Positions 17,401 through 25,700 of a stretch of 32,000 nt of DNA are shown here, piece by piece. Source of the stretch: Gemmata obscuriglobus. Its GTDB lineage: Bacteria > Planctomycetota > Planctomycetia > Gemmatales > Gemmataceae. Position 1 is the first letter of the stretch. Every line of letters starts with the position of its first letter. The notes beneath the pieces are model-generated. The model searched no databases, was not told the origin of the DNA, and saw only the letters and a program-made list of their open reading frames with translations. A program made the position numbers and the translations under genes. The DNA lies in assembly GCF_008065095.1 (NCBI RefSeq), contig NZ_CP042911.1, forward strand, positions 30,001-62,000. The letters are read 5' to 3'.

Positions 17401-17514
17401 GCCGCGCGTGAGCCGGTCGAAGTGGAGCCGTCCGCGGAACGAGCCGCGGAGGTCGTCGATGATCTGGGTTTCGTCGAACACGGCGTGCGGTGGACCGTGA
17501 GAGTGGGCAGACAC
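14440..17514 (-). CDS. FAD-binding oxidase fused to 4Fe-4S dicluster and CCG (heterodisulfide-reductase-like) domains, YdiJ-like
   Basis: 1024 aa. N-terminal FAD_binding_4-like PRGAGTGLSGES. FAD-oxidase C-terminal region ...SQHGTGIARTPW...FDPKGILNPGKI. Cluster motifs CNGCGDC....CP and CVNCKMCRDECP. C-terminal Cys-rich repeats (IPCHMKAL, DAGCSGMAGTWG, STECSACRMQMEQG). Same architecture and length as E. coli YdiJ-type enzymes. GTG start. Confidence 0.88.
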   Translation of the reverse strand: MSAHSHGPPHAVFDETQIIDDLRGSFRGRLHFDRLTRGLYATDASPFHTEPALVAVPEDVESVANLVRYCHEHAIPLAPRGAGTGLSGESLTWGVVLDLSRHFRQVLAIGPDTVTVQAGAVLADLNAELARVGRRFAPNPASAATCTIGGMIATNASGANAFLHGYTRDHVAGLGVVWNNGERDRIGSSLVSESTTAAQHEPGPQGPSEPPAESHPEEIHHPRQRAITRAVTELLTLHAERIATARVRTAFDRCAYQLHGVLGGADPDLTKLLVGSEGTLAIVTEATLRTVPVAGGTCLSLIGFPTLDAAVRAGLALRQYSPVLCDLLERRLLALTRGYGIPTVGAALLVGFEADSERRATERAWGAVESLQREHILRVLAEPTCTPEGVAHIRNIRDAAVSGLHSQNGPRPVACIEDVGVPAEALPEFLTRVQDILKRFELSGTFLVHALTGQVHTRPLLDLGEPTDRAKLWPLAESVHALALALGGTVSSQHGTGIARTPWVERQFGTLMPVFRELKRIFDPKGILNPGKIVGPDPSREAWPLRKPHRHEQQEEEASQDGRAESEAETGSVPLAPEPPPRTPLLLWTGAPEAEAARCNGCGDCRTRTPPERMCPAFRSRGDEHATPRGMANMLRVLRDPTAATPDEVRTVAELCVNCKMCRDECPAKVNVPKLMLETKAQRHAEHGLERGDWVLARTEGLAALGSNFAPLVNALLGRRSARWLLEKFLGVSRRRRLPAFHLRTFFRRARGLGLMRRPSVAPALPGTPRVALFADVFASYNDPLIGVAAVRVLQHHGIEVHVPSRQVGSGVAPLAKGDLDTARERALRNIRVFADLTRHGFRIVCLEPTSALMLTQDYQDILDDPDAIAVAAHTVELTTYLGELHAAKKLRTDFQPLDVTLGHHIPCHMKALRGAVRGPGLLELIPGVKVHTIDAGCSGMAGTWGLKAENFDTSLVAGAGMLTELNRPRVLFGSTECSACRMQMEQGSGKRTLHPIQYLAYAYGLLPELEERFRKPLGGLVSD

Positions 17515-17565
17515 AGGGTAGCAGAATTTCCGACGAAGGGCTGCCCACTGCTGGGGGCCGGCTCG

Positions 17566-18210
17566 CTATTTCCCGCCGAACACTAGTGACATCATTTCCG
17601 CGCGGGTGGCGGGGCTGTCGAGGAACCCGCCGCGCATCGAACTGGTGATGGTCATCGCGCCGGGCTTCCGCACCCCGCGAATGGTCATGCACGAGTGGCT
17701 CGCCTCGATCACCACGCCCACGCCCCGGGCCTTCAGGTGCGTCATGACCAGGTCGGCAATGTTCTCGGTCATGCGCTCCTGAACCTGTGGGCGCCGCGCG
17801 ACGGCGTCCACCACTCGGGCGAGTTTCGAGAGGCCGACGATCTGGCCGTTAGGAAGGTAGGCGATGTGGGCCTTCCCGAAGAACGGGAGCAGGTGGTGTT
17901 CGCAGCACGACGCGAATTCGATGTCTTTGACCAGCACCATCTCATCGTGCTTCTGCGTGAACGTTTTCTGGAGGTAGACCGCGGGGTCGGTTTGCAGCCC
18001 GGCGAACACCTCGGCGTACATCCGGGCCACGCGGTCCGGGGTTTCGAGCAGCCCCTCACGGTCCGGGTCCTCGCCGACGGCGAGAAGGATCTCGCGCACC
18101 GCGCTGCGGAGCCGGGCGTGATCGATTTTTAGCGGGGTGATGGCGTTGGAGGTGCGCGGCGCCTCGTCGGCGTCGTCGGGCGAGGGCGTGTGTCGGCTGA
18201 TCTTGCTCAA
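17566..18210 (-). CDS. folE: GTP cyclohydrolase I
   Basis: [31 protein letters not shown] and QVQERMT motifs. The listed start is TTG, so the N-terminal boundary is uncertain. Confidence 0.93.
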   Translation of the reverse strand: MSKISRHTPSPDDADEAPRTSNAITPLKIDHARLRSAVREILLAVGEDPDREGLLETPDRVARMYAEVFAGLQTDPAVYLQKTFTQKHDEMVLVKDIEFASCCEHHLLPFFGKAHIAYLPNGQIVGLSKLARVVDAVARRPQVQERMTENIADLVMTHLKARGVGVVIEASHSCMTIRGVRKPGAMTITSSMRGGFLDSPATRAEMMSLVFGGK

Positions 18211-18380
18211 GCGGCGCTCCGGGTAGGGCGAACCGTACCGATTCGCGGGAGTATTGTAGATGGTTTTGGTGGGCGGCGAGGTGTCGGAAGGTGTACAGGG
18301 GCTTCACGGCTGGCCGAGCGTGTCGTTTTCGTTTGGACGGAATCGGCCGGCACTTCCGGTTGCGCCCCGGTAACGACTTC

Positions 18381-18410
18381 TTGACACGGTGGACGGTATA
18401 ATACCGTATC
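18381..18410 (+). promoter_or_regulatory. candidate promoter/operator: TTGACA box plus a 15-bp perfect palindrome containing TATAAT
   Basis: TTGACA at 18381-18386. ACGGTAT-A-ATACCGT at 18393-18407 is a perfect palindrome containing TATAAT (18397-18402). The site is 48-75 nt upstream of the acyl-CoA dehydrogenase ATG and in the divergent region shared with folE. The TTGACA-TATAAT spacing is only 10 nt, so these are not a canonical -35/-10 pair. Confidence 0.4.
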
Positions 18411-18454
18411 GCACGGTCCACCTCTCCAGGCCCTTCGGAACGAGGGTTTCAAAC

Positions 18455-20251
18455 ATGGCCCTAACCGCACAGCAGATCGCTGAGCAACGCAAGGACGTTG
18501 AAGAACTCATTGCCGGTCCGGACGTCGGGTTTGCGAAGGCCCTCTTCTTCGGCAAGTTCAAGGCGGGTTTGCTTTACCCGTACCCCGTTCTCCCACCCGA
18601 CCAACGGGCGGCGGCGGACGAGATGGCCGCGAAGGTGCGCGCCTACGCCGAATCGCACATCGATCACATGCGCATCGACCGCGAGGCGCGCATCCCGGAT
18701 GCCGTTGTGCGGGGGCTGGCCGATCTCGGCCTGTACAAGCTCACCATCCCGGCCGAGTACGGCGGGCTCGGGTTCGGTCAGCAGCAATATTTGAAGACGA
18801 TGGAGGTGCTGGGCGGGCACGACGCGAGCGTCGCGGTGTTCGTCAACGCGCACCACTCGATCGGTGTGCGCGCGCTGTGCCTGTTCGGGTCGAAGGAGCA
18901 GCAGGCGCGCTGGCTCCCGGGTCTGTACGACGGCTCGAAACTGTGTGCCTTCGCGCTGACGGAACCGGAAGCGGGATCGGACGCCGGAAACGTTCAGACC
19001 ACCGCGACACCGACCGAGGACGGTTCGGCGTACGTCCTGAACGGGACCAAGCACTACATCACCAACGGCGGGATCGCCCACGTTCTCACCGTCATGGCCC
19101 GGACCCCGGACCCGTCGAGCCCGAAAGGCAAGGTCAGCGCCTTTCTGGTGACGCCCGACATGCCCGGCTTTGAGGTCGTCGAGGCGCGAGCCGAGAAGTG
19201 TGGCATCCGTGGCACCGCGACCGGAAAGATCCGGTTCACGAACATGCGCGTGCCAAAGGAGAACGTACTCGGCCAACTCGGCCGCGGGCTCCAAGCGGCC
19301 TTGACGGTGCTGAATTACGGCCGCGTGACCTTCGGTGCGACGTGTACCGGCCACGCGAAAGCCTGCATTCAGGCGATGACGACGCACGCCAAAAAGCGGG
19401 TGCAGTTCCAGCAATCGCTGGCAGAATTTCAGCTCGTGCAGAAAAAGGTCGCGTTCGCGGCGGCGCACTGTTTCGCGATGGAGGCTGCGACCGCCGAGTG
19501 TGCGGCGTTCATCGACCGCGGTGCGCCGGACTACATGCTGGAGACGGCTATTCTGAAGGTGTTCGCGACGGAGCACCTGTGGACGATCGTGAACGACACG
19601 CTCCAGGTGTACGGCGGGAAGGGGTATTTCTGCGACCAGCCGATCGAGCGGTGGATGCGTGACGCTCGCATCAACACCATCGGCGAAGGCGCGAACGATG
19701 TGCTGAAAGCGTTCATTGCGGTGGTGGGGTGCCGTGGCCCGGGGGTGTACCTGAAGGGGCTCCAAGACGACATGCTCGGCGGTCGGTGGAGCTTGCGTAA
19801 GTTGGGACAGTCACTCGGGGTGGTCGGGCAACTCGCGGCGCCGTGGCTCACGACCGGCACTCCGGAAGTCCCGGTGACAGCGCCAGAACTGAAGGACGAC
19901 GCGTACACGCTGGCCCGGCTCGTGCGTGAGTTCGGGTTGAAGCTCCCGCACGTGTTCATGGCCGCGAAGACGGAAGAGAACTTTGCGGTGTCGGAGCTGG
20001 TCCACGAGCGCATCGCAGACATTGCCATTGACCTTTACGTGAGCGCGTGCGTACTGGCCCGGCTCGATTCCCTACTCGGACAAGCGGGCGAAAACGCTAA
20101 GGCGGTGACCGATCACCATGCGGACCCGGTCGCCGGAAAGTACTTCCTGAAGCTGGCGTTCCGCCGCATCCGCGAGCGGTTCGCCGCGCTCGACGATAAC
20201 GACGATGCTTCGCTTTTGGAGAGCGCCCGGGCGACGATTATGAAGTTCTGA
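18455..20251 (+). CDS. acyl-CoA dehydrogenase family protein (long, VLCAD/ACAD9-like with C-terminal extension)
   Basis: Start MALTAQQIAEQRKD at ATG 18455. LTEPEAGSDAG, YITNGGIA, and the catalytic-base region VYGGKGY....RDARINTIGEGANDV. About 180 extra C-terminal residues. Confidence 0.9.
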   Translation: MALTAQQIAEQRKDVEELIAGPDVGFAKALFFGKFKAGLLYPYPVLPPDQRAAADEMAAKVRAYAESHIDHMRIDREARIPDAVVRGLADLGLYKLTIPAEYGGLGFGQQQYLKTMEVLGGHDASVAVFVNAHHSIGVRALCLFGSKEQQARWLPGLYDGSKLCAFALTEPEAGSDAGNVQTTATPTEDGSAYVLNGTKHYITNGGIAHVLTVMARTPDPSSPKGKVSAFLVTPDMPGFEVVEARAEKCGIRGTATGKIRFTNMRVPKENVLGQLGRGLQAALTVLNYGRVTFGATCTGHAKACIQAMTTHAKKRVQFQQSLAEFQLVQKKVAFAAAHCFAMEAATAECAAFIDRGAPDYMLETAILKVFATEHLWTIVNDTLQVYGGKGYFCDQPIERWMRDARINTIGEGANDVLKAFIAVVGCRGPGVYLKGLQDDMLGGRWSLRKLGQSLGVVGQLAAPWLTTGTPEVPVTAPELKDDAYTLARLVREFGLKLPHVFMAAKTEENFAVSELVHERIADIAIDLYVSACVLARLDSLLGQAGENAKAVTDHHADPVAGKYFLKLAFRRIRERFAALDDNDDASLLESARATIMKF

Positions 20252-20444
20252 GGGGTGCTCCCGGGTGTGGCATTTCGTGAACTAGGGTTGCGCTGGTGAG
20301 GGCACGCTGAGCTGTGCGGATGAACGCGCTAAGGCCCTTAGCGCGGTTGCTGCCGAAGTGCTTGCGAGAACGCTTTTGCACAGGTTGTGGTACGCCTTCT
20401 CGGTTTGAACGCCGGCGGGGCGCGTCGTCGGTTATACGACTGGG

Positions 20445-20813
20445 ATGCCGATGGAACCGAAGCTTCAAGAGTTGCTGCAAGCGGTCATTGCCAAGACGCC
20501 CAAGGGTGAGCTGAAGTGGCGCTCGCATTCGGACGAGTCGTTTCGGCTGGCAGTCGGTTCGGGATATGTTCACATCAGTCGCAGCCCGGGGCGGGTTGAG
20601 GGTGAGGGCGACGCGTCGGCCGCGCGGACGTACGTGGCTCAAATCACCGATGCGCAGCGGCGAGTTGTAACCGAGACGCAGGCCATAACCGGTCAGGAGG
20701 GTGATGCTGCGTTGCTCGCGGAATTGTTTGAGGTTGCCCGGAAGTCTGCGTTGAAGACGGAGAGTGTGCTCAACGAAATGTTGGACGTGCTGCGCGGCAT
20801 TGCGGTATCGTGA
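20445..20813 (+). CDS. hypothetical cytoplasmic protein (122 aa), no recognised family
   Basis: Stand-alone ORF with flanking intergenic regions of 193 and 327 nt. No signal peptide. N-terminal helix (LQELLQAVIAKT), KWRSHSDESFRLAVGSGYVHISR beta-like segment, and C-terminal helices (ALLAELFEVARKSALKTESVLNEMLDVLRG). A stem-loop plus T-tract follows. Confidence 0.5.
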   Translation: MPMEPKLQELLQAVIAKTPKGELKWRSHSDESFRLAVGSGYVHISRSPGRVEGEGDASAARTYVAQITDAQRRVVTETQAITGQEGDAALLAELFEVARKSALKTESVLNEMLDVLRGIAVS

Positions 20814-20862
20814 CAGGCCTTCTCCGCACCCGGTACCCGATTCGTTTCACTTCTTTTGCATG

Positions 20863-20895
20863 ACGCGCCGGATTGTCGGCGCGTTTGTCGATTTT
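20863..20895 (+). terminator. rho-independent-type terminator after the 122-aa ORF
   Basis: acgcgccg-gattgt-cggcgcgt (8-bp stem) is followed by ttgtcgatttt. It starts 50 nt after the stop codon. Confidence 0.55.
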
Positions 20896-21140
20896 AAAGA
20901 CAATTTGCTGTCGGAGTTTTGTCACGTCTTGCTGACGAACAGCCGGTTGTCGTCGGGCTTCAGGTTCGCCGATGGTCCGTTCAATTTGAGCGGCATTTGG
21001 GTTGCCCTGCGCAGAACATTTGATTTCGCTTGACCGGCTCGTCAGCGGAGTTTAGAAATTGATTGCACGGGTCCATTTCAATTGTTCTTGCCGCTCATTA
21101 CTCCAGTCACTCCCGAGCGGCACCTTCTCCCGAGGCGCTT

Positions 21141-22142
21141 ATGTCCGCTTTCTCTCTCGCCAGACCGAAGCGTGGGTTCACGCTGATCGAGCTGCTGGTG
21201 GTGATCGCGATCATCGCGATCCTGATCGGGCTTCTCCTGCCCGCCGTTCAGAAGGTGCGCGAGGCCGCCGCGCGCATGAAGTGCTCCAACAACCTCAAGC
21301 AGCTCGGTCTGGCGCTGCACAGCTTCCACGATGCCAACGGGCGGTTCCCGGCGGCCGGCGTCCTTACGATGGCCAAGCCGGTGCCCGCGTCGAACGCGCC
21401 GCCCAACCACCACACCTGGCTGACCTACTTGCTCCCGTATGTGGAGCAAGACAACTTGTTCAAACAGACGAACATTAACGCCCCGGCCTGGGGGCAGACC
21501 ATCGTCTCGACCGACGTGTCGTTGTTGCGCTGCCCGTCGGATTCCGGCTACGGCAAATCCGACGAGACGCACAATATCGCCGTCACGAACTACGCCGGGA
21601 GTGAGGGCTATCACTGGTGGTCGACCGCGGTTTTCGACCCAGGTACCGGTAAAACGGGGGATTACTCCGGGCTGTTCACGGTCAACCGGACCTTTAAGTT
21701 TGCTGACGTTACCGACGGCACGTCGAACGTTGTGGCTATTGCGGAAGTGACGAGCTACGGCTTCAAGAACGGGCCGTTCAACAAGCAGGGCGGTGGCATT
21801 CTCCGTGCCCGCGGGAGCGAAGCGGTACACCGAGCTGCGTTCGTCTTCACGGGGTACGCCGGAACCTCCAAATTCCCCCCGTTCATGGGGCCGGACGGGT
21901 CCGCCACCCCGAGCGTGGATGGGCAATGGGTCAGCGGATTAACCGCACCGTACAGCTTCCCGCCGACGTACTTGACCGCGTGGGGCATCAACTGCGACTG
22001 GCCGGGTGCTCATTCGATGCACGGGAGTTCGGTTCAAGCGGCCCGTGCGGACGGTTCGGTTGGTACCTACACGACCAGCATGTCTTGGCCGATTTGGGTG
22101 GCGGTCAACGGTGTCGGTGACGGTGCCGTCGTTACGGAGTAA
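21141..22142 (+). CDS. DUF1559 domain protein with prepilin-type N-terminal cleavage/methylation motif (second copy)
   Basis: ATG 21141. The N-terminus is [64 protein letters not shown]. The C-terminal H-X9-DG motif is intact ([12 protein letters not shown]). The listed ORF starts 26 codons too early. Confidence 0.9.
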   Translation: MSAFSLARPKRGFTLIELLVVIAIIAILIGLLLPAVQKVREAAARMKCSNNLKQLGLALHSFHDANGRFPAAGVLTMAKPVPASNAPPNHHTWLTYLLPYVEQDNLFKQTNINAPAWGQTIVSTDVSLLRCPSDSGYGKSDETHNIAVTNYAGSEGYHWWSTAVFDPGTGKTGDYSGLFTVNRTFKFADVTDGTSNVVAIAEVTSYGFKNGPFNKQGGGILRARGSEAVHRAAFVFTGYAGTSKFPPFMGPDGSATPSVDGQWVSGLTAPYSFPPTYLTAWGINCDWPGAHSMHGSSVQAARADGSVGTYTTSMSWPIWVAVNGVGDGAVVTE

Positions 22143-22280
22143 TGCCTGTGTTTGCCTCCTCGTCCGAGAAGGCGAAAGGACCGGTCTGTTGAGTGTGTGT
22201 TGAGTTCGCTCGGGTTCGTTGCCGTTCGCCGGAACGGACCCGCTCCTTTCCCAGTTGAATTGAACAGAGGCCGGTGTCCG

Positions 22281-22466
22281 ATGAAGAAATCCTTTGCTCT
22301 CCTTGTTTTTAGTGTGATGTTGGCGGCTGTCGGATGCGAGGGGAAGACTCTTCCGAGTGGTCCCGTTGATACGTCCGATCCCAACAAGACTTACGGGGGG
22401 ATGGCTCCCTTGCCGAAGGGTGGAAAAGATCCCGTCAAGCCGGGTGGGATGCCGAAAGCTCCTTGA
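22281..22466 (+). CDS. small Pro/Gly/Lys-rich putative lipoprotein (61 aa)
   Basis: ATG 22281 gives MKKSFALLVFSVMLAAVGC (signal peptide with a lipobox-like AVGC), then a low-complexity mature part. It sits downstream of the DUF1559 gene and is followed by a strong terminator hairpin. Confidence 0.5.
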   Translation: MKKSFALLVFSVMLAAVGCEGKTLPSGPVDTSDPNKTYGGMAPLPKGGKDPVKPGGMPKAP

Positions 22467-22534
22467 GGCGAATGAGGGGCTTCTACCCTTCCATTTTGCT
22501 CTTGCTTTGATCTGATTGAACGTGTGAGTCAACG

Positions 22535-22588
22535 GGGGCGGAAGCGCGGCGCACTGATAGCCGCGTTTCCGCCCCTACTTTGTTTTCC
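22535..22588 (+). terminator. rho-independent-type terminator
   Basis: ggggcggaagcgcgg-(11-nt loop)-ccgcgtttccgcccc is a 15-bp stem with one G-U pair, followed by tactttgttttcc. Confidence 0.6.
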
Positions 22589-22716
22589 ACACCATTTCAC
22601 TTTACGCTGCTCGCTCCCTGCGGCGCTCAGGTCGCTCGCGCCGTGCGGTTGCCGCCTCTCCCCGTCTGCGGTAGCCTCAACATATCGCCAGGTTCCCGCC
22701 AACGGAGCATCTCCTA

Positions 22717-25700
22717 ATGCCTCGCTACCTTCTCGCATTGCCGTTGTTTGCGGCGACTGCGTTCGCGCTCGCCGTGCCGCCGGAGGGGGCCGGCACTCAA
22801 CCCAACAAGAAGGGGCCGTCCGGCGATGATGACGCCGCGGTTGCGCAGGTTAAAGCCGCCGACAAGGGGCTGAAGGTCGAGGTGTGGGCGTCCGCGCCGA
22901 CGATGGCGAACCCGGTATCGTTCTGCTTCGACGAGAAGGGCAAGTGTTACGTCGCGGAGACCACACGGTTCGAGAACGGGGTGCCGGACACTCGCGGCCA
23001 CATGAAGTGGCTCGACGAGGACCTCGCGAACCGCAGCATCGACGACCTGCTGAAGATGTACAACAAGCACAACTACAAAGGTTACGAGAAGTACAGCGAC
23101 CAAGTGCGCGTTGTGTGGTCCAGCAACGGTCGCGGTCCGGCGGATAAGAGCGAGGTGTTTTCCGGCGGCTACAACCGGCCGCAGGACGGGCTCGCCGCCG
23201 GCGTACTCGCCCGAAAAGGGAGCGTGTACTTCACCTGCATCCCGGACCTCTACCAGTTGAAGGACACTAACGGGGACGGGAAGGCGGACGAGAAGAAGTC
23301 GCTGTTCACCGGCTTCGGTCCGACGGTGCAGTTCCTCGGTCACGACCTCCACGGCCTTCGCATGGGGCCGGACGGCAAACTGTACTTCAGTGTGGGCGAC
23401 CGCGGGTTCATGGTTACCACCAAGGAAGGAAAGAAGCTCGAGTACCCGAATACAGGCGCTGTTCTGCGGTGCGATCCGGACGGGGCGAACCTCGAAGTGG
23501 TTCACAGCGGACTGCGCAACCCGCAGGAGATCGCCTTCGACGACTTCGGTAACCTGTTCACTTACGACAACAACTGCGACAGCGGCGACCGCGCGCGGTG
23601 GGTTCACATTGTTGAGGGCGGCGACAGCGGCTGGCGCGGTGGGTTCCAGTACAGCACCGGATACCACACTCCGGAAGTGCCGCAGGGCAACCGCGGCGCG
23701 TGGAACACCGAGAAGCTCTGGCACACGCAGCACGAGGGGCAACCCGCCTGGATCGTGCCGCCGCTGTTGCACCTTGGTAACGGTCCGGCCGGGATCACGC
23801 ACTATCCGGGCATCGGGCTGAACGACAAGTACAAGGACCACTTCTTCGCCTGCGACTTCACGTCCAGCGCGGGCAGCAGTGTGATCTGGGCGGTGTCCGT
23901 GAAGCCGAAGGGCGCGAGCTTCGAGGTACAAAAGCCGGAACCGTTCTTGCGCGGGATGGTGCCGACCGACTGCGAGTTCGGCCCGGACGGTGCGTTCTAC
24001 TGGTCGGACTGGGTCGGCGGGTGGGCGCCACAGAACCGCGGGCGCATCTTCCGTGTGACGGACGCCGAGGCGATGAAGAACCCCAAGGTGGCTGAGGCGC
24101 AGAAACTCCTTGCGGCAGGGTTCGAGAAGGCGAGCGTTGCGGAACTCGCGAAGCTGCTGGAGTTCCCGCACCAGCAAGTCCGGCAGGAGGCTCAGTTCGA
24201 GTTGGCGGGGCGGAAACCAGAAGAGGCGCTGAAGGCGTTCGAGGGTGTTCTCAAGGACGGAAAGAATCGACTCGCACGGCTGCACGCCGTGTGGGGGCTC
24301 GGGCAGATTTCCCACAAGAGCAGCGAGGCCGTCCGGTCACTGGTCGAGGCGCTGGGCGACTCGGACGGCGAGGTACGCCGGGCCTCGGTTGAGCAGATCG
24401 GGAAGGTATCGAGTCCTCCCGTCGCGAAGGTGCAGGCCCTGTTGACGGACCCTGATGACCGCGTGAAAGCGGCTGCCGCGGTCGCGTTCGGGAAGGCCGG
24501 CCGGCCGCGGGAGAGTGTGCGTCCGACCGGTGAACTGAGCGCGTTCACACCGCTGTTCGACCTGCTTCGCGCGAACAACGACAAAGACCCGTACCTTCGC
24601 AACGCCGCGGTGATCGGCTTGGTGAAGCTCACCGCAAATCCGGTTGATCTGGTCAACGTGTGGAAGCAGGCGAAGCAGGCGGATCAAGCGAAGTACGATG
24701 TGCCCGCCGTGCGCATGGGTTTGGTCCTTGCCCTGCGCAAACTCAAGAGCGAGAAGGTTGCCGAGTTCGTGGCGGACGCGGACGCGAAGATTGTCGCGGA
24801 GGTGGCCCGCGCGGCCTACGACGAACGCATTGAGGGCGCTATTCCGGTGCTGGCAAAGCTCGCGGAGAAGAGCGAACCGGACGCGGTCGCCTTCCGTGCC
24901 CTCGCTGCGAACTACTTCCTCGGGACGCCCGAGTGCGCCGCCCGCGTCGCGAACTTCGCCGCGCGCCAGAGTGAGCCGGACTACGTTCGCGCATTCGCAC
25001 TGAAGCTGCTCGGCGACTGGTCGAAGCCGCCGCGCCGCGATCCGATCACCGGGCTGACGCTCGACCTCGCGCCGCGTGACACCAAAATCGCGGCCGGCGC
25101 GCTGCTCAAGGCGGGCGTCGCGGTGTTCGCGGGGAGTACGGTTGTACGGTCCGAAGCGGCGCAGGTGGCTGCGAAGCTGAACCTGAAGGAGTTCGGCCCG
25201 GCGATGGCCGCGATCGTGAAGGACACCAAGAGCCCGATCGCAACCCGGGTGGAGGCGCTCTACGCAGTCGATGCGCTGAAGGCGACCGAGGCCCGCGACC
25301 TGGCAGCGTTCGCCCTTGCGAGTGACGAACCGCGACTCCGCGCCGCCGGGCGCAGCGTGAAGGCGCGCCTCGCTCCCGCCGAGGTACTGAAGGAACTACC
25401 CGCGCTGCTTGAGAACCCGAACGTCTCGGTCGCCGAGAAGCAAGGGGCGTTCGCAATTCTGGCCGCGCAGAAAACGTCCGACGCCGCGGACCAGTTGCTC
25501 GGGTTGTGGCTCGATCGCCTGAATGACGCCAAGGTTCCCGGGGCGCTCGCGCTGGACGTAGTCGAAGCCGCCGAGACTCGCGCGAATGCACCGAAGCTGA
25601 AGCTGTCGGTCCCGTTGAAAGAAAAGGTGGAAGCTTACCGCCGCGTCCAGAATCGGCTCGCGAATGATCCGAAGGGCGATAAGCTCGCGGCTTACGCCGA

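Noticed and set aside
14864-17692. Multiple long alternative-frame ORFs (285, 306, 227, 394, 343 aa) within and antisense to the FAD/Fe-S oxidase gene
   Set aside because: All are Arg/Pro/Ala/Gly-rich with no motifs. The 1024-aa frame carries ordered FAD, 4Fe-4S and CCG motifs.
18381-18402. TTGACA plus TATAAT read as a canonical sigma-70 promoter
   Set aside because: The spacer is only 10 nt, against about 17 nt expected. I therefore report the site only as a candidate promoter/operator region and do not assign -35/-10 roles.
18461-24315. Long antisense ORFs opposite the acyl-CoA dehydrogenase (434 aa, 18461..19765), DUF1559 copy 2 (282 aa, 21078..21926) and the heme-binding protein (533 aa, 22714..24315)
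   Set aside because: These are shadow ORFs of GC-rich coding regions. They show no recognisable motifs and biased Arg/Val/Leu/His composition.
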